Assembly: GCA_964016885.1 (NCBI GenBank)
Contig: OZ024740.1
Span: forward strand, 66,774,001 to 66,838,000
Origin: Eledone cirrhosa
Lineage: Eukaryota
DNA length: 64,000 nucleotides
Direction of reading: 5' to 3'
The first letter of the stretch is position 1; the number at the start of each line of letters is the position of its first letter. Position numbers and translations under genes: made by a program. This document shows positions 54,286 through 64,000 of the stretch, piece by piece. Below the pieces are notes generated by a model. That model saw nothing but the letters and a program-made list of their open reading frames with translations, did no database searches and was not told where the DNA came from.

Positions 54286-56714
54286 TAAAATAACAGATTA
54301 AAGTTTAAGCAAAGAATCGCTGCTTTCACCCTTAACGGGATCTTCTGAAACTAACAAAGTCAATCTGTAAACGTAGAACTGGATATGTCAAAAAACGTTA
54401 CAACCGGAGGAAGACAGGAAGACGATACTTTGGTTCGTGGTAACGTTCGCTGGCAAAGAACGGGAAAAAACGAATAATACGTCATTAATAGGAGCGGTGA
54501 AAAACAATTACGCGCAAAGACAAAACCACGTTTGTGGTATAAAAGAGGTCGTAGACTAATGTTCTCTTAGGTGGTGCATAGAGACCTTATCTGGCAATTA
54601 ACGAAAAAACGAAGATAATAAGTCATATGTGGAGCGTGGAGAACAATAGCACGCAAAGACAAAACCACGTAAATGGTATAGCAGAAATCGTAGACCAAAA
54701 TTCTAACTAGGAGACCAAATGAATCTCCGCTACAGAGTTAAGAACAAAGTAAATAAATACAATACAGAAGTAATAGAAACAAATAAATACATACACGCAA
54801 ACAGATACGTACATACACAAGCATACGCAAAACCTTACCATGGGTATACAAAACCACGCACATATAAATATGTGTGTGTGTGTATGCTTGTGTACAAATA
54901 AATAAATAATTATATAAACGTATATAAGGAAATAAATACGTATATAACAAGCGCACACGCATACCTACATATAAATACACGAATGTTCGGAGACGTAAGT
55001 CAACTAAAACAAGAAGTACACATATACACACACCCACCATACGTACGAACCTGCATACTCACGCGGATGCAAAACTCCCGTATACACATAGCCAAACCCT
55101 AAATACCAGAATATGTAAAAATTATACGTTATAACAGTCAAATATACGTACGAGAAGGTATACATACCTTCATAAAACATACGGGTAATATATACTTACC
55201 TATGCAAATAAGTAAAGGAATAAACAAAACATATACTTAGCTCCCACATCAAGACGTAAAATATCCACGTATAGATCGTGCAATCCGTTAGGGTATAACG
55301 TGGGGCTGTAATACAGGAAAGTTTTGTGCAATTTATGTTTACAAGCCGAAATTGCCTCAGATTTTTTGTTTAAGATGTGGTCTGTAGCGTAGAGTATTTC
55401 CAGGGCCTCAGCGGCGCAGAGGTCACATGGTCTTTTATTTCCGTTATACGATCTAGCCCTAGCTAGGATCTCCCAGTGTAACTTATATTGGGTGTGGTTG
55501 TCTTTTAGACTCCAGATATAAGCTGAAAGTGACGTCATATTCCTTCTTAGAGGGTAACGAAAAGAATGGGTATGCATGTAAAGACGCTGCTTGAAACTAT
55601 TGGCGGTTAACCCTATGTAGGCCCTACGGGACGTGGGTGTTACAACCTTACATTTGTAGACAATGTTACTAGAGAGGCATTTCCCGGATAGGGGGCAATC
55701 AGCCCGATTCCTACAATTACAATTAGTACTAACTACAGGGTTGCACGTGTTCATACGGCTAGGTAGTTTAGCTAAATTTGAAGCTGTGATGTTATGTGCA
55801 AGGTTAGGAGTCGTAGGGTAAGAATTTTAATAGTATTTCTATTAAAAATGTTACTATATTTATGTGTAGGGGGAAAATGCTTCGTAATAAGGGAAAGAAA
55901 GATCTTAGCTAATGGTGTGGCCACCTCCATATTATATGGTGGGTTATACCAACAAATGCGACGGGATCTATATCTTCTATGTCTATTTTCGTATTCTGTA
56001 TATGCTACCTTATCGACAAATCCACTTCGAGCAAGAGCTTCATTGTAATAAGTGGAATGGTCGTTGAAAATGCGCTAGTTGGTGGAAAGACGAGAAAGCC
56101 TCAACAAAACGTTTCTTACCAGGTTCTTGGTTATGCTGGCAGGATGGTTGGAATGCTTACTTATGTAATTAAGCGTATCATTCGGCTTCCTATATGGGTA
56201 ATACAACCCATTCAATAAATTGAGGGTAACGTCGAGGTAATTAACGACCGAGAGATTGGCCTCAACCTGTATAGAGAGGTTGAAGCCTTTAAAGAAGGCC
56301 GTGAGTTCTTTTCTGAACCAGTCGCAAGCACGAGGTCCACACTTAGTCATGGTCAAAAGACCATCGTCACGGTACAAACCACCGCCCGCGTTGGGGAATT
56401 CGTCCTTGATAGAGAAAAGAAGGAAAAGGCCGATAAGATCAGTAACCTCCGCAAAGTCACTGGCGCCCATACTCACGTCGAATGGGGTACTATTGGATTT
56501 TTCAATCCAAATAGAGTCGTCGAAATTAATCACCGACTTTCGGGCATTAAGGATGACATCAACTTCAAAATCCTTAACCACTGTGAGTGTTTTAGCGAAA
56601 TTGATAGCTCTAAGGAGAAGTGGTAAAGTGATGGAGGAGTAGTAATTGTTGATGTCGAATTGGATAAAACGGCAATGTTCCTTGTTACTTATGCCGTTGA
56701 ACCAATCAATCACC
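54283..56714 (-). mobile_element. Penelope-like element, 5'-truncated copy with GIY-YIG, 3' region and pLTR
   Basis: ORFs 56075-56713 (FIQFDINNYY, YRDDGL) and 55200-55754 (CNCRNRADCPLSGKC, IVY..YIG); pLTR ~54283-54720. Confidence 0.93.
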
Positions 56715-58432
56715 GTTAAGGGTGAAAGCAGCGATTCTTTGCTTAAACTTTAATCTGTTATTTTAATAAATATTTGCACTACGGTTCTTATATATTTGAT
56801 ATATATTTTCCTTATCGAGCCCTCTTTGGATTTTAGTCTTCAATTTTATTATTATTACTATTTGGCTCCTTCGGTTGAGCACTCTACTGACTTATATTCA
56901 TCATGCAGAAACAACATCTGAATATTTCTACAAAGAACACACCCGTACCAAGCAGTAAAACATACCTAAAACTCCTGATACAGAAAACAGACGCGTTCAT
57001 TAAAAGGTTGCGTTGGCGTGCCTTTTATTTCGATAATCCGCGAAAAGCAGACAACAAACAGGATAAATTTGGATTTAAAACTTATAATAACCCTCCGTGG
57101 AACCCAGCATTGCTACCCTTTGAAAATGATGTCTTGGAACTCATTCGGAATATCAAATTTCGGAATAGGAGCAATTCCTTCCAGCAAGACCTGAAGAATA
57201 GAATTCGTTCTATTAAGGATTCTAACGCCGTGCACGTCCATTCCGACAAAACTGGCAACCTATATCAAGTGGAGCGCAGTACTTACCATCAACTACTACA
57301 TAATGCTGTAACTAAGGATTACCGTAAAACTAATCGGTGCGTCATCAATGAAATCAACGATGCTGGGTTTAAAATCACATCTGATCTCAACATCCTGGAC
57401 CGGACCGTACCTCTGGACCCTATCTTTCCCCACTTTACCCTGAAGGATCACAAATCCAATTTTCCGAACAACCCCTCTATTCGGCTTATTAACCCTACGA
57501 AGTCCGACTTAGGTAGACTTAGTAAAACGATTCTTGATAGAATTATACCTGAAATTAGAAGTTTGGCCCCTCTCGCACTGTGGAACAATTCTTTCGCGGT
57601 GATTGATTGGTTCAACGGCATATGTAACAAGGAACATTGCCGTTTTATCCAATTCGACATCAACAATTACTTTATTTGGATTGAAAAATCCAATAGTACC
57701 CCATTCGACGTGAGTATGGGCGCCAGTGACTCTGCGGAGGTTACTGATTTTATTGGCCTTTTCCTTCTTTTCTCTATCAAGGACGAATTCCCCAACGCGG
57801 GCGGTGGTTTGTACCGTGACGATGGTCTTTTGACCATGACTAAGTGTGGACCTCGTGCTTGCGACAGGTTCAGAAAAGAACTCACGGCCTTCTTTAAAGG
57901 CTTCAACCTCTCTATACAGGTTGAGGCCAATCTCTCGGTTGTTAATTACCTCGACGTTACCCTCAATTTATTGAATGGGTTGTATTACCCATATAGAAAG
58001 CCGAATGATACGCTTAATTACATAAGTAAGCATTCCAACCATCCTGCCAGCATAACCAAGAACCTGGTAAGAAACGTTTTGTTGAGGCTTTCTCGTCTTT
58101 CCACCAACGAGCGCATTTTCAACGACCATTCCACTTATTACAATGAAGCTCTTGCTCGAAGTGGATTTGTCGATAAGGTAGCATATACAGAGTACTAAAA
58201 TAGACCTAGAAGAAATAGATCCCGTCGTATTTGTTGGTTTAACCCACAATATAATATGGAGGTGGCCACACCATTAGCTAAGATATTTCTTTCCCTTATT
58301 ACGAAGCATTTTCCCCCTACACATAAATATAGTAAAGTTTTTAATTGAAATACTATTAAAATGTCTTACTCTACGACTCCTAACCTTGCACATAACATCA
58401 CAGCTTCAAATTTAGCTAAACTACCTAGCCGT
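56715..58432 (+). mobile_element. Penelope-like element, same family, 3'-truncated inverted copy with 5' pLTR
   Basis: pLTR 56715-56902, then ORF 56903-58198; near-identical to the minus copy. Confidence 0.93.
56903..58198 (+). pseudogene. Penelope reverse transcriptase with in-frame internal deletion
   Basis: STKNTPVPS..KRLRWRA, LKDHK..IRLINP, FDVSMGASDSAE, YRDDGL; lacks ~40 aa after FDINNY that are present in the minus copy. Confidence 0.92.
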
Positions 58433-58907
58433 ACGTGTGTATATAAAGATAAGTTGAGTATGAAAATGTATACACATGAGCGCGTATGTATGTACATGAA
58501 TACATGTGTGTATATATATGTGTATGCATGTGTATATATATGTAAGTATGAATATGTGAATTGTGAGTATATGTATTTTGTAGAGGTGTGCAAATATATT
58601 TGTGTGTGAATGCGTGGGTGAAAGATACGTACACTTGAAAGAAAAATTTAAGTCTGAATGTTAATTAAGTGCAAACACAAAACCAACCACGCATATCTTT
58701 ACTATCTCTAATCCTTCTATAGATTTAGAAAAATAACCAATAATATATTCTATAAAAAATGTCAAAACAACAGATGGGAATCTAATTACTCACTGCCACC
58801 AAGAATTCTCACTGCTATCGAAAAACCACTCCTTCAACTATTCTTCTAACAACTTCACCCCTCCCTCCTAATATTCTCTATAAAAACTAAATAGGTCCTC
58901 AGTAATA

Positions 58908-59027
58908 TTATTCTGGTGAAATGACAGTAAATATTAACATTGAAATATTGAATGTCTGCATAACTAAAAGTTTGTAGATAGCAGCTGTTTTAGGTTATGT
59001 AACTGTTATAGAAACACGTGTCAATAA
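58908..59027 (+). ncRNA. HHR-like motif with very long stem II insert
   Basis: TTATT-CTGGTGA-AATGACAGT...ACTGTTATA-GAAA-CACGTG-TC-AATAA; core A-to-G change. Confidence 0.55.
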
Positions 59028-59061
59028 ATTCCTTTCAACTAAACTGTATCCATTCAAATCT

Positions 59062-59099
<38 letters not shown>

Positions 59100-59105
<6 letters not shown>

Positions 59106-59835
59106 GTACAGACATATATGTATACATACGTACAGTAGTATGTATATATATATACATACATGCACATATATATATATATGTACGTATGGATTAACCGAAC
59201 ATTTATTATAATGCTCGGTGTGTTTGTAAAAAAACATCCCGTATTAAGCCGTACGTATACATATATATATGTGTGCGTGTATGTATATATATATACATAC
59301 TACTGTACGTATGTATACATATATGTATGTATGTATACATACTTATATTTAAATAACAGCCGTACTAAGAGTGAGAAATGGAATTTCGTTTCATTTTTTC
59401 CGTTTATCGTTTTCGGTACCCCGGCCGATTAACTCACTCGATATGCAAATTAGGCTGCTCAGCCGTTAATATGCATAAGGAAAGTATATACTTTCAGACG
59501 TTCAATCATCTGCCAGGAAGGTACACGTTGCTGACGATAGCTAATAAGCTTGAAACTAGTACCGCGTTCCTTTGTCAATGTTGAACAAATGAGAAAAGAT
59601 GGTTGCCGAACACTGTACGGCTTAATACGGGATGTTTGTTTACAAACACACCGAGCATTATAATAAATGTTCGGTGAATGCATACGTACATATATATATG
59701 TGTGCATGTATGTATATATATATACATACTACTGTACGTATGTATACATATATGTATGTACGTATACATACTTATATTTAAGTAACAGCCGTACTAAGAG
59801 TGAGAAATGAAATTTCGTTTTATTTTTTCTGTTTA
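59100..59835 (+). mobile_element. R429 HHR repeat: inverted arm (59100-59255) plus ~1.3 tandem units
   Basis: CAGCCGTACTAAGAGTGAGAAAT at 59357 and 59786 (period 429); HHR at 59526-59566. Confidence 0.85.
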
Positions 59836-59870
59836 TATATATATACATACATACCCACATGAACACACGC

Positions 59871-59933
<63 letters not shown>

Positions 59934-60128
59934 AATGAATGTTCATTAAAATCGAAGCTCTGCCTGTGGCCAAGCTAACGATATGCAATCCGGAGTGTGC
60001 AGCAAAGCACTCGATAAGGTAGTGTACGTTAGAAAGCTTTACAAATTCAAGACTGCGACTGGTGATCCAGCCACATGGCCAAAGCAACGAGAAAACCAAC
60101 TCAGGTTAAGAGAGACAGAAGAGAGAGA

Positions 60129-60171
<43 letters not shown>

Positions 60172-60307
60172 GAGAAGTGAAAAATTATACGTACTCTTCT
60201 TACTATGCGAACGCTGTAGACAGTGGGGCTAACTTAATAAAAGTGTTGGCGAAGATCTGCTTATATTTTGATTTCTCCTCATATATATATGCATATAATA
60301 TATTAAA

Positions 60308-61467
60308 TGGTATGAAACGAAAGGACCTGTGTGGTTACTAACAACAAGGTTTATGATGCTGGTTGGGACGGAACAAGAGGAGAAAGGAAGAAAGGAGGTT
60401 CCTTCGTCAGCTGTAAATGTTTCCCGATCCGATGTTTCGGCGCTGAATTACAGGACAATGGTGGAGTTCGGGAGCGCCCGAGGCCTTGTATTAATGAAAA
60501 GGCCAGGAGGAAAAGGAGATAGAAAAGGAAAGAGAGGGAATAGAGGAAGAACAGAAGGGAAAAGATGAGGAAAGAGGAAGAAAGGGAGAAGGGAAAAAGG
60601 GAGAAGAAATAGAAACAAAATAGGAGAAAAAAGTGAACATGTCCCATCATGGGAAGACACAGATGGGAGAAACAAGAAAATGGGTAACCGTCGAAAAATA
60701 GGGAAAGTAGGTTGTGTCCAACCTGGGAGATATTAGCCTGGTGGTCAGCTACAACTCAGAGCTGGTATAATCGTGCTGCCTATCACATAGACAGGAGAAA
60801 GTGAGAGAGAGACACGAGCAACCAAAAGTGAGGAGGAGAAGAGAAAGGGAGATAATCCAAAATGTTTTTTTTACGATGGTGGTAAAAACGTGCCGCAAAG
60901 ATTGCGAACAGAGAAGCCCTCACGACACGTGTAAACCTGTCAACAATTAAAGCCGAACGGATGGATAGAGAGAGGAAAAAACGAGATTTAGGAGGAGAAG
61001 GGAAGAGAGAAGGGGGTGGTTGCTGCGAAAGAGTGGTGGGAACACAGATCGACCAAAGCAGGTAGGGCCACACTGGCAAATACAAAATGATATGAAACGA
61101 AAGGAGCTGTGTGTTTACTAAAAACAAGATGTAGGATGGTGGTTAGGACGGAACAAGAGGAGAAAGGAAGAAAGGAGTTGCTTCGTCAGCTATAAATGTT
61201 TCCCTATTCCATGTTTTGGCGCTGAATTACAGGACATCGGTGGAGTTCGGGAGCGCTCGATGCCTTTTATTAATCAAAAGGCCAGGAGGAAAAGGAGAGA
61301 GAAAGAGAGATAAAAGGGGAGAAAAAAGGAGAGAGAAAAGGAAAAGAGGGAAAAGAGGAATAACAGGGGGGGGGGGGGAAGGGAGAAAGGGAGAAAAGAG
61401 TGAACAGGTCCCAACGTGGGAAGACACATGTTTAAGAAACATGCTAATGAGTAACCGCGGAAAAATC
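60308..61467. repeat. Purine-rich direct repeat (~60308-60700 and ~61088-61467)
   Basis: ATGAAACGAAAGGA(C/G)CTGTGTG ... GGCGCTGAATTACAGGACA..GGTGGAGTTCGGGAGCG duplicated, period ~780. Confidence 0.8.
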
Positions 61468-61510
61468 ATATATATATATATATATTATTATTATTATTAT
61501 TATTATTATT

Positions 61511-64000
61511 CCTTGAATCTCAGTCGTTGATGTTAGTTAACTGGAAAGTCCGTTGGAATGAATATCAAGCCACTACCTGCAGCCTCAGATATTCAGGACG
61601 TATCGGTGGGTTCTTGCTGTTCCCAGCAGGCATGCCTTTTGAAGCGTTCCAAAAAGCGTGTAGGGGCCGACTTTCTTTAACCATCCCTGGAAACTTTTGG
61701 AGATAGTCCCCAGTGCGCCTATGACAATCGGGATCACTTTGACTTCATGGCAGTTCCAAATCCTTTTTACATTCCACTTTAAGTCCTGGTATCGGTTAAT
61801 TTTCTCCCTCTCCTTCTCTTGCACTCTCGTGTCGAATGGGCAGGCCACATCCACAATCAGACACGATCTTTTTTCTTTGTCCACAACCACCAGGTCAGGT
61901 CAATTGTGTTCCAGTTTCTTGTCCGTCTGTATCCTAAAATCCCACAGCACCTTCACCTGATCGTTCTCCATCACCGCCTCTGGCTTATGCTCATACCATT
62001 TCTCAGATGTGGTAAATTGTTTACTTTGCACAGGTGCCAGTGGATCACCCTGCCCATCACATCATGCCTCCAGCCCTTATAGTGCGTCTGGGCTAGGTGT
62101 TTACACTCGGATACAATGTGAGCCACAGTCTCCTCTCTCTCTCCACAGATCCTGCACAGTGGGCTAGCCTCCTCCTTGTAAATATGGTGTTTCAATCACT
62201 TCGTTTTGAGGGCCTGCTCCTGCGCAGCCATTAACATTCCTTCTGTAGCCTTTTTGAGGTATCCTCTTCTCAACCAGTTCCATGTCTGTGGATCTCTAAA
62301 TTCAGTTTTCTCAAAGAAGGTACTATGAAGGGATTTTCCCTGAAGGCTGCTCTTTCTCCTTGGTGTTATTTCCTCCTTGGACATCCCCTGGCCTACTGTC
62401 CCCTCCTTCAGTACAGTTCTGAGCATTGGCTCCTTACTATCAGTCACGTATTTGTGTAGGTTGCTTTTCTCCATCTGAACACAGTCCTCTATGCTGATAA
62501 GACCTCTTCCAGCCTCAGATCTCCTTAGGTAGAGTCTATCGACATCACTCCTCTTGTGGAACATGTTGTAGATAGTCAATAGCTTCCTAGTCTTCCTATC
62601 CATTTCTTTTTGTTCAGCAACATTCCATCTCAGAATTCCCGCACTGTACCTAATAATAGACACAGCTCGGGAATTTACTGCACTTATGGCATTTCTGCTG
62701 TTCAGATGTGACTTCAATACGCTCCTTACTCTCCGAATGTATTCAGTTCTTAACAATTCCTTCATTTTTTTGTTCTTTATGCCATCAGCCTCCAGAACGC
62801 CCAAATACTTGTATCCTTCCTCAGAGTCAATTTCCTTTATCATCTCACCTGTTGGTATCTGGATTCCGTTACTTCTGCTCAACCTACCCCTCCCCATCAC
62901 AATGACTCCACACTTACTAATACCAAACTGCATACATATATCACTGCTTAAAATACGGACAGTGTCAACAAGCACATCCAACTCCTTCTCACTCTTCCCG
63001 AAGAGCTTAAGATCGTCCATGAAGAGGAGGTGATTGATGGTAAGCTCTCCCTTTCCAAACTAGTATCCTGCTCTCACTTTTCGCAGCATAATGGTCAGGG
63101 GCATCAGGGCAAGGACAAACAACAGACTTCACGCTTCCCAAGGATTCTCCAGTTGATGTTAACTCTGTTTCCCAGGACCTCATACTCCTGCCCAGCAACT
63201 GTCTGATGTTATCTGCCACCTTGAAGATCTCCAGGCTTTTGGTGATCCAAGAATGAGGCACCATGTCAAATGCCTTTCTGTAGTCTATCCATCCCATGGC
63301 AAGATCAGTGTGTCTCCTCCTGCAATTCCCCATTACCATCTTATCAATAAGTAACTGGTCCTGTGTAGCACGTGACTTCTTTCGGCATCCTTTCTGTTCG
63401 TCTGGTAACAAGTTGTTTGTGTGGAGGTGATGGTAGATTTCGTCAGACACAATGCTCGTCAACAGTTTCCACATTACGGACAGACATGTGATAGGTCTAT
63501 AGTTGGTAACATCATTACCCTTGATTCGGTCTTTCATTATCAGAACTGTGGTACCTTTTGTCACCCACTCTGGTACCTCACCTGACATCAAGCAGTCATT
63601 GAACATGGTTGTCAGTTTCGGGTGGAGGGATGTTAAATTTTTAATCCAATACCCCTGCACACCATCTGGGCCTGGTGATTTCCAGTTTGTTAGTGCTTTG
63701 GCCTGCCCCTTAAGAGTTTCAACTGTGATACTCAAATCAGTTTGTTGGTGTGCCTGCTCACCGATCTCCCTCTGTACTGTCTCAATCCACCCTGCTTGGT
63801 CATTATGTCTAACATCCTGCTCCCATATTCCTCTCCAGAATGTTTTGTTTGTTCCGTCCCAGGGATCAAGTCGTTGCCTCTTTCTTTCCCCCCAAGCTGT
63901 CCAAACAGCATCTTCTGGTTGTTGTCGATATGCGGTTCTGTTTATACTGACATGACTCTGTTCTCGTATCGCCTGATTTTTGCACTCTTTGCTACAATGC
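61511..64000 (-). mobile_element. R4/Dong-like retrotransposon, same family as 47399-50886, disrupted; runs off the window
   Basis: ORF pieces 63007-63735, 62196-63020, 61971-62195 and 61585-61890; same 3'UTR; (TTA)n at 61484-61510; QGDSLSP motif deleted near 63125. Confidence 0.95.

Overview
AT-rich, microsatellite-dense eukaryotic DNA with no host exon I can support, so probably intronic or intergenic. A cephalopod/Octopus origin is inferred from the SINE and repeat style and is not proven. Almost everything recognisable is mobile DNA. (1) Several Penelope-like retroelements (RT + GIY-YIG, Naiad-like), including a near-complete copy at 12.2-15.0 kb and a head-to-head pair at 54.3-58.4 kb. 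(2) A stack of R4/Dong-type non-LTR retrotransposons in (TAA)n at 44.7-51.2 kb, plus an inverted copy at 61.5-64 kb. (3) Tx1, RTE, mariner, Helitron, MITE and SINE relics. The most striking feature is about 20 minimal type-I hammerhead ribozyme (HHR) motifs, intact or decayed, from roughly ten unrelated families. Several lie in ORF-less 320-660 bp tandem units (retrozyme-like) that occur as partial tandems plus inversions between (TA)n tracts. Most families carry a palindrome in stem III, and several fold-back junctions are centred on HHR stem-loops. All folds and coordinates were read by eye.
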